64,000 nt of DNA, taken from assembly GCA_047921455.1 (NCBI GenBank), contig JBLRWC010000005.1, positions 13,157 through 77,156 on the forward strand. Direction: 5' to 3'. The notes beneath the pieces were generated by a model. That model saw nothing but the letters and a program-made list of their open reading frames with translations, was not told the origin of the DNA and did no database searches. This document shows positions 36,862 to 46,926 of the stretch, piece after piece. The translations under genes were made by a program, and so were the position numbers. Source of the DNA: Gammaproteobacteria bacterium. GTDB taxonomy: Bacteria > Pseudomonadota > Gammaproteobacteria > Steroidobacterales > XN24. Position 1 is the stretch's first letter, and each line of letters opens with the position of its first letter.

Positions 36862-38697
36862 ATGGCCGCAGCGGCCACCCGCATGCCGGACTCGCCACGC
36901 GAGTTTCTCGGCGTTTTCCGGTTCAGCAAGCGGGCGCTGCAGCTGGTCTGGTCCACCAGTCGGGCGCTCACGGTGACCCTCGCCGTCGCGACTGTGGTCG
37001 CCGGGATCCTGCCAGCGGCCATCGCCTATGTCGGGGCCTTGATCATCGATGCCGTGGTCGCTGCGGCGCGCCTGTACCAGGACACCGGCGAAGCGCAATT
37101 CCGCCCGGTCGTGACGCTGGTAATGATCGAGGGCGTGCTGGTGGCCGCGCTGGCCGGCATGCAGCGCATATTGTCGGCCTGCCAGTCGCTGCTGCGCGCC
37201 CAGCTCGGGCAACGGGTCAACGTCATGATCCTCGAGAAAGCGCTGCAACTCGAGCTGGCCCAGTTCGAGGATTCAGAGTTTTACGACAAGCTGACGCGCG
37301 CCCGGCGCGAAGCCTCCAGCCGTCCGCTGTCGCTGGTGACGCGCACCTTCGGCCTCGCTCAGAATGCCGTGTCGCTGGTCAGCTACGGCGTGCTGCTGGC
37401 GCAGTTTTCAGGTTGGGCGGTGGTCATCCTGCTGCTCGCCGGGCTGCCGGCCTTTCTCGCCGAGGCCAAGTTCTCCGGCGACGCCTTCCGGCTGTTCCGC
37501 TGGCGCTCGCCGGAAACGCGCATGCAGATGTATCTCGAGACCGTACTGGCGCGCGAGGATCATGCGAAAGAAGTACAGCTGTTCAACCTTGGACCCCGGC
37601 TGCTCGATCGCTACCGCGGGATTTTCGAGAAACTCTACCGCGAAGATCGCAACCTGACGGTGCGGCGCGACAGCTGGGGCTTTATCCTCGGATTGTTCGG
37701 CACCCTCACGCTGTACGGGGCGTACGCCTGGGTGGCATTCACCACCATCGTCGGGCAGATCACCCTCGGCCAGATGACGATGTACATGATGCTGTTTCGC
37801 CAGGGACAGTCGGCCGTCTCGGCCAGCCTGTCGGCTATCGGCGGAATGTACGAAGACAACCTCTACCTGTCGACGCTGTACGAGTTCCTCGAGACGCCGG
37901 TGCCGGCACGGCACTCGACCGGCACGCGCGGACCGGACCCTGCCGACGGAATCCGTTTCGAGCAGGTCAGTTTCAGTTATCCGGGCACCGACGCGCCAGC
38001 GCTGTCGGGTATCGATCTGCATATCCGCCCGGGCGAGTCGCTCGCGCTGGTGGGTGAAAACGGGTCCGGCAAGACCACGTTGATCAAGTTGCTGGCGCGC
38101 CTGTACGCGCCGACCAGCGGCCGGATTCTGCTCGACGGGCGCGATCTGCAGACCTGGGACGAAAACGCGTTACGCGAGCGAATCGGCGTCATCTTCCAGG
38201 ATTTCGCTCGCTACCAGCTCAAGGTCGGCGAAAACATCGGTGCCGGCGACGTGCGGTACTTCGAGGACCAGCAGCGCTGGACGGACGCGGCCCGCCAGGG
38301 CATGGCCCTGCCGTTTGTCGAGTCGTTACCGGACGGCTTCGAAACCCAGCTCGGCAAGTGGTTCAAACAGGGCCGCGAGCTGTCGGGTGGCCAATGGCAG
38401 AAAATCGCCTTGGCGCGCGCCTTCATGCGCTCCGGCGCCGACATCCTGGTGCTGGACGAGCCGACCGCGGCCATGGACGCCGCCGCCGAGGCCACGATTT
38501 TTGAGCATTTCCGCGGCCTCACGCGCGACCGCATCGCGATCCTGATTTCCCATCGCTTCTCGACGGTCAGGATGGCGGACCAGATCGTGGTCATCCAGGA
38601 CGGTCGTATCATCGAGCGGGGCAGCCATGACGAGCTCATGGCGGTGGATGGGCACTATGCGCGGCTGTTTCTGCTGCAGGCGCGCGGCTATCGCTGA
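36862..38697 (+). CDS. ABC exporter, fused permease/ATPase (MsbA-like type I exporter)
   Basis: The start is ATG 36862, with 36883 as an alternative. A six-TM N-terminal half is followed by Walker A GENGSGKTT, signature LSGGQWQK and Walker B ILVLDEPT. Confidence 0.85.
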   Translation: MAAAATRMPDSPREFLGVFRFSKRALQLVWSTSRALTVTLAVATVVAGILPAAIAYVGALIIDAVVAAARLYQDTGEAQFRPVVTLVMIEGVLVAALAGMQRILSACQSLLRAQLGQRVNVMILEKALQLELAQFEDSEFYDKLTRARREASSRPLSLVTRTFGLAQNAVSLVSYGVLLAQFSGWAVVILLLAGLPAFLAEAKFSGDAFRLFRWRSPETRMQMYLETVLAREDHAKEVQLFNLGPRLLDRYRGIFEKLYREDRNLTVRRDSWGFILGLFGTLTLYGAYAWVAFTTIVGQITLGQMTMYMMLFRQGQSAVSASLSAIGGMYEDNLYLSTLYEFLETPVPARHSTGTRGPDPADGIRFEQVSFSYPGTDAPALSGIDLHIRPGESLALVGENGSGKTTLIKLLARLYAPTSGRILLDGRDLQTWDENALRERIGVIFQDFARYQLKVGENIGAGDVRYFEDQQRWTDAARQGMALPFVESLPDGFETQLGKWFKQGRELSGGQWQKIALARAFMRSGADILVLDEPTAAMDAAAEATIFEHFRGLTRDRIAILISHRFSTVRMADQIVVIQDGRIIERGSHDELMAVDGHYARLFLLQARGYR

Positions 38698-40013
38698 ACG
38701 GTCGCTTGCGTGGGCGGCCCGTGCATGGCGGCGTGCACCCGGTTACGACCGGCCGACTTGGCCTGGTAGAGCGCGCGATCCGCGGCACCAAGCAATTCCC
38801 GGCGATCAAAACCCGGCTGCATGGTGGCCACCCCGGCGCTGACGGTTACCGTGGCGCCCGGCGCAAGCACGCTCCAATCAGTGGCCTCCAGCGCGGCGCG
38901 AATTTTCTCGCAGGCATCGTGCGCGGCCGCCATGTCCGCCTGCGGAAAACACAACAGGAATTCCTCGCCGCCATAACGCGCCACCAGGTCGGTATCGCGA
39001 CATTGCTCCCTGAGAATCGTCGACACCGCCTTCAGTACCTGGTCCCCGGCGTCATGGGAGAAGTCGTCGTTGATGCTCTTGAAGTGATCGAGGTCCAGCA
39101 ATGCCACCGCAAAGTCCCGCTGGTAACGCTCGAACTCGCCAATGCGTTCCTCGAGGTAACTGTCGGCGTGACGACGATTGTGCAGCGCGGTGAGCGGATC
39201 GAAGGTCGCGATGCGTTCCAGTTCGTGGGTCTTTTGGCGCAGCTTGCGGGTCCGCTCGGCAACCAGGATCTCGAGACGCGCGCGAATACGTGCCAGTTCC
39301 ATCAAGGACAGCATGCCAAGGGTCAACACCAGCAGCACCAGTAGCACCGCGGAAAGTTCCATGCGGTTGATCATGATGGCCACCAGGATGCCGGCCAGCC
39401 CGGCGCCAGATTCGACGATAAAAGCGAAGGGGCTGAAGTCGGTGGGCACGCGCCGCTCCTCGAGCATGATGAGTATGCGCATGGCGACGTCGTTGAGGGC
39501 CTGCATGCTCAGCAGCAGCACGAGCAGGGCGGCGCCATTGCGCCACGTCAACTCCAGCAACGGCACCGCACCGCCGAGCCACTGGTAAAGCAAACCGCAC
39601 ACCAGGATCATCATGACCATCAGGCCCGAGTTGTGCAGCGCTGCGATCACCACCTCGATCAATGGTTGACCCTGCCAGAGGCGGTGCCATGGGTACAGCA
39701 GTGAGGCGATGCCGTTGAGCCATGCGGCCGCCACCGGCCCGACGACCAGGATGGCAGCCACCTGGGCAACGCGGTCGAAAGACACGTAACCAACACGCGG
39801 ATGCGTGTAGCCCATGAAAATCGTGAACAGGCCGTAGGCCAGAAAGAAGGTTACCGTCCAGGCGCCATAACCCGGCGGCAGCAAGCCATAGCGCCCGATC
39901 CCGACCCAAAGCGCCGCGAGCGCCGCCAGGAACAACGCCACCGCGTAGTAAAAATCAGGCCTGCGCAGCGCCTGTGAAATCCAGCTGGTCCCTTGTTGTC
40001 GCATACCTCGCAT
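38688..40013 (-). CDS. Diguanylate cyclase (GGDEF) with a polytopic N-terminal membrane domain
   Basis: The 441-aa ORF has about 8 predicted TM helices, a coiled linker and a GGDEF domain (RYGGEEFLLCF, DHFKSINDDFSHDAGD). Its 3' end overlaps the ABC exporter 3' end by 10 nt. Confidence 0.8.
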   Translation of the reverse strand: MRGMRQQGTSWISQALRRPDFYYAVALFLAALAALWVGIGRYGLLPPGYGAWTVTFFLAYGLFTIFMGYTHPRVGYVSFDRVAQVAAILVVGPVAAAWLNGIASLLYPWHRLWQGQPLIEVVIAALHNSGLMVMMILVCGLLYQWLGGAVPLLELTWRNGAALLVLLLSMQALNDVAMRILIMLEERRVPTDFSPFAFIVESGAGLAGILVAIMINRMELSAVLLVLLVLTLGMLSLMELARIRARLEILVAERTRKLRQKTHELERIATFDPLTALHNRRHADSYLEERIGEFERYQRDFAVALLDLDHFKSINDDFSHDAGDQVLKAVSTILREQCRDTDLVARYGGEEFLLCFPQADMAAAHDACEKIRAALEATDWSVLAPGATVTVSAGVATMQPGFDRRELLGAADRALYQAKSAGRNRVHAAMHGPPTQATVQR

Positions 40014-40023
40014 ATCCTGGCCC

Positions 40024-40743
40024 TCAGCCCGCGAACCACTGCGCGACCCAGGGCAACAGGAAGGCCGTCAACAATCCGGCCATCCCCAGGCCGAGGCCGG
40101 CAAAAGCGCCGGCCCGCAAGCTGATGGTGAGTGCGTGCGCGGTGCCAAAGCCATGCGCAGCAATGCCGAGCGCGAAGCCCTGCGCGCGCTCGTCATCGAT
40201 GCGCGCGAGTCGAAACAACGGCCGGGCCGCCACCGCGCCGACCGCGCCGGTGACCAGCACGATCCCCGCGGCCAGGGAGGGGATGCCGCCAACCTGCTCG
40301 GCGATACCCATGGCGATCGGCGTGGTGACGGATTTCGGCGCAATGGACAACAATGTCTGGTCACGCGCGCCCGCCAGCCAGGCCAGGCCGACGGCGCTGG
40401 AAACCGCCACGCTCACGCCGAGCAGGCAGGCCAGCGAGAGCGGCACGAGCAAGCGCCGGATCTGTTGCAGGTTGTCGTACAGCGGAATCGCCAGCGCAAC
40501 CGTCGCCGGCCCAAGCAGGTAATGAATGAACTGCGCACCTTCGAAATAGGTGTCGTAGGACGTGCCGGTCAACAGCAGCAGCGCGATCAGGGCCACCATG
40601 GCCAATAACACCGGGTGCGCGAGCGGGTGGCCGCCCAGCTTGCCGTTGAGCCAGGTGCCGGCGACGAATATTGCCAGGGTCAGCGTGAGCCACAGCAGCG
40701 GCTCGGCCGCCAGGTAGACCCAGATCTCGCCGAGCTCAGTCAT
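40024..40743 (-). CDS. LrgB/CidB-family membrane protein
   Basis: The ATG at 40743 (MTELGEIWVYL) overlaps the upstream gene by 8 nt. It has the LrgB pattern SIAPKSVTTPIAMGIAEQVGGIPSLAA. Confidence 0.8.
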   Translation of the reverse strand: MTELGEIWVYLAAEPLLWLTLTLAIFVAGTWLNGKLGGHPLAHPVLLAMVALIALLLLTGTSYDTYFEGAQFIHYLLGPATVALAIPLYDNLQQIRRLLVPLSLACLLGVSVAVSSAVGLAWLAGARDQTLLSIAPKSVTTPIAMGIAEQVGGIPSLAAGIVLVTGAVGAVAARPLFRLARIDDERAQGFALGIAAHGFGTAHALTISLRAGAFAGLGLGMAGLLTAFLLPWVAQWFAG

Positions 40744-41089
40744 GACCAGCCTCTTCCGGTACCGCGTAGCGGGCAATCACCCAGCCCACCAGTACCATGG
40801 TCAGCAAGGTGCTGCCGACGATGGCGAGCAGGATCGGAAACCAGTCCGACCGCAGGCGCGACCCGTGCGCGACCAGGCCGACGCCGGCCGGCACGAAAAA
40901 CAGCGGCAAGTAAGTGAGCAGCCCGTGGCCGGCGCGCCGCAAGCCCGCTGGTATACCGCCGGCCACGACCAGTCCTAGCAGCAGGATCACCATGCCGGCA
41001 ACGGGACCGGGAATCGGGACACCGAGCAGCCGCACCAGCGTCTCGCCGGCGAGCTGACACAGGAAGATCAGTGTCAGTCCTTGCAGCAT
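40736..41089 (-). CDS. CidA/LrgA-family holin-like membrane protein
   Basis: The 117-aa ORF has LIFLCQLAGETLVRLLGVPIPGPVAGMVILLL...LPLFFVPAGVGLV. Confidence 0.75.
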   Translation of the reverse strand: MLQGLTLIFLCQLAGETLVRLLGVPIPGPVAGMVILLLGLVVAGGIPAGLRRAGHGLLTYLPLFFVPAGVGLVAHGSRLRSDWFPILLAIVGSTLLTMVLVGWVIARYAVPEEAGHD

Positions 41090-41108
41090 CCCGAATGGAG
41101 TCAGGCGT

Positions 41109-42365
41109 CTACCGCTTCATGGAGTCGAAAAAGTCGGCATTCACCTTCGTGTCCTGCAACTTGGAAAGCAGGAACTCGATTGCCGCCAGTTCGTCCATCG
41201 GGTGCAGCAGCTTGCGCAGGATCCACATCTTTTGCAATTCGTCCGGCGCGGTCAGCAAGTCCTCGCGCCGGGTACCCGAGCGATTGATATTCATTGCCGG
41301 GAAGATGCGCTTTTCGGCAATCCTGCGGTCGAGATGAATCTCGAGATTGCCGGTGCCCTTGAACTCCTCGTAAATGACGTCGTCCATGCGCGAACCGGTA
41401 TCGATCAACGCGGTGGCGAGAATCGTCAGGCTGCCGCCCTCCTCGATGTTGCGCGCCGCGCCAAAAAAGCGCTTCGGCCGATGCAGGGCATTGGCGTCCA
41501 CGCCGCCGGTCAGCACCTTGCCGGAGGACGGCACGACGGTGTTGTAGGCGCGCGCCAGGCGCGTGATGGAGTCAAGCAGGATCACCACGTCCTTCTTGTG
41601 CTCCACCAGCCGCTTGGCCTTTTCGATGACCATTTCGGCGACCTGCACGTGGCGCGTCGCCGGCTCGTCGAAGGTCGAGGAGATGACTTCGCCACGCACG
41701 GTGCGCGACATCTCGGTGACTTCCTCGGGCCGCTCGTCGATGAGCAGAACCATCAGGTAGCATTCCGGGTGGTTGGCGGCGATGCTCTGGGCGATGTTCT
41801 GCAGCAGCATGGTCTTGCCGGCCTTGGGCGGCGACACGATCAGGCCGCGCTGACCCTTGCCGACCGGCGCGACCAGGTCGATGATCCGTGCCATCAGGTC
41901 TTCGCGGCTGCCGTTGCCCTGCTCCATGCGCAGCCGCTCGTTCGGAAACAGCGGCGTCAGGTTCTCGAACAGCACCTTGTGGCGGGCACTTTCCGGGGAA
42001 TCGTAGTTGATCTCGCCGACTTTCAGCAGGGCGAAATAACGCTCGCCTTCGCGAGGCGGCCGGATCAGGCCGGACACCGTGTCGCCGGTTCGCAGGCTGA
42101 AGCGCCGGATCTGGCTCGGGCTGACGTAAATATCGTCGGGACCGGCCAGGTAGGATCCGTCGGCAAACCGCAGGAAACCGAAACCGTCCTGCAAGATTTC
42201 CAGCACCCCGTCGCCGTAGATATCCTCGCCCTTGCGAGCATGGGCCCGCAGGATCGAAAACACGATGTCCTGCTTGCGGGAACGGGCCATGCTGTCGAGG
42301 CCCATGGATTCCGCCAGCGTGACCAGCTCGTGCGCCGGCCGCCGCTTGAGATCCGCCAGGTTCAT
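41109..42365 (-). CDS. rho: Transcription termination factor Rho (canonical 418-aa form; the frame stays open a further 74 codons upstream)
   Basis: [25 protein letters not shown] aligns with the canonical Rho N-terminus. It has the RNA-binding domain [14 protein letters not shown] and Walker A PPKAGKT. See the finding on the upstream extension. Confidence 0.9.
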   Translation of the reverse strand: MNLADLKRRPAHELVTLAESMGLDSMARSRKQDIVFSILRAHARKGEDIYGDGVLEILQDGFGFLRFADGSYLAGPDDIYVSPSQIRRFSLRTGDTVSGLIRPPREGERYFALLKVGEINYDSPESARHKVLFENLTPLFPNERLRMEQGNGSREDLMARIIDLVAPVGKGQRGLIVSPPKAGKTMLLQNIAQSIAANHPECYLMVLLIDERPEEVTEMSRTVRGEVISSTFDEPATRHVQVAEMVIEKAKRLVEHKKDVVILLDSITRLARAYNTVVPSSGKVLTGGVDANALHRPKRFFGAARNIEEGGSLTILATALIDTGSRMDDVIYEEFKGTGNLEIHLDRRIAEKRIFPAMNINRSGTRREDLLTAPDELQKMWILRKLLHPMDELAAIEFLLSKLQDTKVNADFFDSMKR

Positions 42366-42653
42366 GGCCGTCTTGGTGCGCTCCAGGTCCTCCTGGGAGA
42401 TGACCTCGACTTCCTCCAGGTCCGGCAGCATATCCGGATGATGTCGATCACCACCACCACCGCCGCCGCCACCACCACCGCTCTTGCGACGCCGTGATTT
42501 CTTTCTGCCGCCGTCGCGGGGACCGCGGTGAGGGGACTGAGGATTACCCGCTTGGGGCCCGTCGTTTCTGGTGCCGTCAGAGGCCATATTGTGTTTCCGC
42601 GAGACGTATCATTAGCGTGGGTCGTCAGCGGCAAGACTGCCGCCGGCGCTTAG

Positions 42654-42980
42654 TCAGAGGTGTTGATCGAGAAATTCGGTGAGCTGCTTCTTGCTCACGG
42701 CGCCGACTTTCTGCGCTTCCACGGAGCCGTTCTTGAACAGCATCAACGTGGGGATGCCGCGAATTCCGAAACGGGGTGGGGTTTGCGGGTTCTCGTCGAT
42801 ATTGATCTTCGCGACCCGGACCTTGCCGGCATACTCACGCGAGACCTCGTCGAGGATCGGCGCGATCATCTTGCAAGGCCCGCACCACTCCGCCCAGAAA
42901 TCCAGCAGCACGGGAATTTCTGACTTGAGCACGTCGCTCTCGAAACTGGAATCACTCGTGTATACGATTTCATCGCTCAC
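42654..42980 (-). CDS. trxA: Thioredoxin
   Basis: The GTG at 42980 is preceded by GGAGG. The 108-aa protein has the WCGPC active site and is typical TrxA throughout. Confidence 0.9.
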   Translation of the reverse strand: MSDEIVYTSDSSFESDVLKSEIPVLLDFWAEWCGPCKMIAPILDEVSREYAGKVRVAKINIDENPQTPPRFGIRGIPTLMLFKNGSVEAQKVGAVSKKQLTEFLDQHL

Positions 42981-43258
42981 TATTTTTTTCCTCCGTATGC
43001 CGGATGTCGAAACTGCATGGAAATTAGTCTTGGGCAGGAATACAACCCCTGGAGCCGGGGTCAGCGATGCAGCTACGGGATGTGACGCGCCTCGCCCGAT
43101 GAGGCACAATGTCGCTGCGCTCGCGGCTTAAAGGTTGAGAAATCTTCTGCGCGGGAGGCTCCGGGATGATATCCAGGGCCGTCAGGCCTGTATTCTGGCC
43201 CGGATTTCACGCCAGTTGCAATACCCTACCCTCTTTTTCCAGGAAGCATATAACAACA

Positions 43259-44722
43259 ATGTCTGAAGGACTGCTTACCCAGCTCAGCTTCGAAGAGCTG
43301 AATCTCCCTGAAAACATCATGCAGGGCTTGGCCGATGCGGGCTTCGATCGCTGCACGCCAATCCAGGCCGAGACACTGCCGATCGCCCTCGCCGGCGGCG
43401 ATATCGCCGGCCAGGCGCAGACCGGCACTGGCAAAACCGCCGCCTTCCTGGTCGCCATGTTCGCCCACCTGCATCATAACCCGCCGAAGCCGACCCGCCA
43501 GCTCACGGATCCACGCGCGCTTATTATTGCGCCGACCAGGGAACTCGCTATTCAGATCCACAAGGACGCGGAGCTGCTCGGCGCACATACCGGCCTGGTG
43601 CTGGGTCTCGCCTACGGCGGGACCGATTACGAGAAGCAGCGCGCTCACATCCAGGCCGGCGTGGATGTGCTGATTGGCACGCCCGGCCGCCTGATCGATT
43701 ATTTCAAGCAGCGCATCTACGAGTTGCAGCATGTGCAGGTGCTGATTCTCGACGAAGCCGACCGGATGTTCGACCTGGGCTTCATCAAGGACATCCGCTA
43801 TGTCATGCGGCGGCTGCCACCCCCGCAGGACCGGCTCAACCTGGTGTTCTCGGCGACGCTCTCCCAGCGAGTGCTTGAGCTGGCCTACGAACATATGAAC
43901 GACCCGTTGCTGGTGCGCATCGAGCCGGAGCAGGTCACCGCGGAAAAGGTGCGGCAACGCATCTACTTCCCGGCCAACAATGAAAAACTGGCGCTGTTGA
44001 TCGGCTTGCTGCGCGAGAAGGAAGCCACCCGCACCATGGTGTTCGTCAACACCAAGCGGGAAGCGGACCGGGTACGGGACTATCTCGAGGCCAACGGCCT
44101 GCCGGCGGAAGTCATTTCCGGCGACGTGCCGCAGAAGAAACGCCAGAGAGTACTCAGCATGTTCCAGTCGGGCGAACTGGCGATCCTGGTTACGACCGAC
44201 GTCGGCTCGCGTGGATTGCACATCCCGAGCGTTTCGCACGTCGTCAACTACGACCTGCCGCAGGATCGCGAAGACTATGTGCATCGCATCGGCCGCACGG
44301 CCCGGGCCGGCGAGTCCGGCGACGCTATCAGCCTCGGCTGCGAAACCTATGTCCAGACCCTGCCGGAAATCGAAGACTATATCGGTATGAAAATCCCCGT
44401 CGAAACCATCGACCGGAGCCGCCTGCCGGAGATCGTGCGCCCCGCGCGCAGCAGTCGCCGGGAACGCACCGAGTGGGGATCACGGCCGGCGGAAGGGCGC
44501 GGAGGGCCCGGCGGCGGACCGCGTGGCCGGAGCCCGGGGGGCGGACGATCCGGCAGCGGACGGTCCGGCAGCGGGCCGGCGCGGGGCGAGCGGGATAACC
44601 GCGCGGAGCCGGCGCAACCGCCGGCGAAGGATGCGGCCGGGGCTGGCGATGGCGCGCCGAAGAAGCGGCGCCGACGGCGCAAGCCCAAGTCAGCCGGTGG
44701 AAACCCGCCCGCGGCGGAGTAA
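43259..44722 (+). CDS. rhlB: DEAD-box ATP-dependent RNA helicase RhlB
   Basis: The ATG at 43259 gives [14 protein letters not shown]. Motifs: Q-motif, [25 protein letters not shown] and an Arg/Gly-rich C-terminal tail. It is divergent from trxA, as in enterobacteria. Confidence 0.85.
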   Translation: MSEGLLTQLSFEELNLPENIMQGLADAGFDRCTPIQAETLPIALAGGDIAGQAQTGTGKTAAFLVAMFAHLHHNPPKPTRQLTDPRALIIAPTRELAIQIHKDAELLGAHTGLVLGLAYGGTDYEKQRAHIQAGVDVLIGTPGRLIDYFKQRIYELQHVQVLILDEADRMFDLGFIKDIRYVMRRLPPPQDRLNLVFSATLSQRVLELAYEHMNDPLLVRIEPEQVTAEKVRQRIYFPANNEKLALLIGLLREKEATRTMVFVNTKREADRVRDYLEANGLPAEVISGDVPQKKRQRVLSMFQSGELAILVTTDVGSRGLHIPSVSHVVNYDLPQDREDYVHRIGRTARAGESGDAISLGCETYVQTLPEIEDYIGMKIPVETIDRSRLPEIVRPARSSRRERTEWGSRPAEGRGGPGGGPRGRSPGGGRSGSGRSGSGPARGERDNRAEPAQPPAKDAAGAGDGAPKKRRRRRKPKSAGGNPPAAE

Positions 44723-44742
44723 GCGCTGCGCCATACAACGGC

Positions 44743-45438
44743 TCAACGACGGTCGCGGGATCGCCGCGCCGGCAACAGTTCGGTCACGCTATCGACGCTG
44801 TGAAAATCTTCCGCGGCGGAGGCGGGCAGCGACGAGTCCGGCCGCAGTATCGCCACCACCCGGCCGATGCCGTAGGCGTGCGCCGAGCGCAGCACGGGCA
44901 GGCTGTCATCCACCAGCAACGTACGCTGCGCCTCGAAGGGCTCGCGACCGCGCAGGCGTTCCCAGAACCCGGCATGCTCCTTCGGCAGGCCGAGATCGTG
45001 GCTGGAGTAAATCGCGTCGAGATATTGTGCCAGGCCGGTGCGCGCCAGCTTGACGGACAGTGAACCACGGTGCGCATTGGTTACCAGCACGACCCGCTTG
45101 CGCAATTCCCGCACAGCCAGCAGGAATTCCGGCACGTCCGGCAGAAAATCGATGTGGTCCTCGGCCTCGCGCTTCAGCGCCGCGACATCGAGGCCGAGTT
45201 CGCGGCTCCAGTGATCGAGGCAGTACCACTCCAGCGTGCCCCGGACGGCGGCGAAACGCGGCGTCAGCACGGCCACCGCCTCGGCATGCGGCAGGCCGTG
45301 GAGCGCCGCGTAGCGCGCCGGGATCAACTCCTGCCAGAAGAAGTTATCGAACCTCAGGTCCAGCAGCGTACCGTCCATGTCGAGGAGCACGGTATCGTAG
45401 TGATCCCAATCGAACGGATGTCGGGAGACAAGTTCCAT
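44743..45438 (-). CDS. HAD-superfamily hydrolase (YrfG-like GMP/IMP nucleotidase)
   Basis: The 231-aa ORF has motif I LLDMDGTLLD, VLVTNAH and a late VDDS motif. Confidence 0.7.
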   Translation of the reverse strand: MELVSRHPFDWDHYDTVLLDMDGTLLDLRFDNFFWQELIPARYAALHGLPHAEAVAVLTPRFAAVRGTLEWYCLDHWSRELGLDVAALKREAEDHIDFLPDVPEFLLAVRELRKRVVLVTNAHRGSLSVKLARTGLAQYLDAIYSSHDLGLPKEHAGFWERLRGREPFEAQRTLLVDDSLPVLRSAHAYGIGRVVAILRPDSSLPASAAEDFHSVDSVTELLPARRSRDRR

Positions 45439-45481
45439 GGACCGGTATCATATACGGCCCTGACCCACTGGAGCTCAGCCC

Positions 45482-46282
<801 letters not shown>

Positions 46283-46284
46283 GC

Positions 46285-46599
46285 ATGAAAGCCATGCTGG
46301 TGTTCACCGCGGCCTTGCTGGCCATCATCTGGTTCTGGCATGCCAGCATGTCGGCCCGCGAGCACGCAAACGCAGCCGCAAGGGAAGCCTGCGGGCGCCT
46401 CCAGCTGGTGATGCTGGACGGGACCGTCTCGATCGCCCGGCTCTGGTTCAGGCGTGACGCCGACGGCCGGCTGCGAATTGAGCGCACCTATGGCTTCGAG
46501 TACACCGACGACGGCTACCGCCGCTTGCGCGGCTTCGTCGTCACGCTGGGCCCGCGAGTGACCTCGGTGGGTCTGGCGGCCGACTCGGCAGTTGGCTAA
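46285..46599 (+). CDS. Small membrane-anchored protein, DUF3301-like
   Basis: The ATG at 46285 lies 3 nt after the cysQ stop. It has an N-terminal TM helix (LVFTAALLAIIWFW) followed by REACGRLQLVMLDGTVSIARLWFRR...YGFEYTDDG. The family call is from memory. Confidence 0.55.
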   Translation: MKAMLVFTAALLAIIWFWHASMSAREHANAAAREACGRLQLVMLDGTVSIARLWFRRDADGRLRIERTYGFEYTDDGYRRLRGFVVTLGPRVTSVGLAADSAVG

Positions 46600-46696
46600 G
46601 CTTGGCCCCATGCTGCGCACGGCGCGCGGCTAGCGCGACTATTCCCTTATCCGACCGACACCGTGCCTCGCGATTTGAGACCGACTGGCGCCTGCA

Positions 46697-46918
46697 ATGA
46701 AAGATCCCACCAAGGTCGACACCTACATCTTCGGCAACATGACCCGGCTCAAGGAGCTGCGGATCGCGCACCGGGACCTGGACGACGTCATCCTCAGGCT
46801 CGCGGAAAATCCGCTGGTGGACCAGTTGCAGTTAAAGCGGCTGAAGAAGCGCAAGCTGATGCTCAAGGACCTGATTGCCCGGCTGGAAAGCGAGCTGATT
46901 CCCGATTTGAACGCCTAG
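46697..46918 (+). CDS. DUF465 / YdcH-like small coiled-coil protein
   Basis: The 73-aa ORF has LKELRIAHRDLDDVI...LQLKRLKKRKLMLKD. Confidence 0.6.
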   Translation: MKDPTKVDTYIFGNMTRLKELRIAHRDLDDVILRLAENPLVDQLQLKRLKKRKLMLKDLIARLESELIPDLNA

Positions 46919-46926
46919 CGGCCTTG

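Noticed and set aside
42451-42482. A (GGT/GGC)n trinucleotide tract, considered as a possible repeat element or CRISPR-like feature.
   Set aside because: It is a single short tract that reads as poly-Gly in the rho upstream frame, with no spacer-repeat periodicity. It is discussed only in the rho extension finding.
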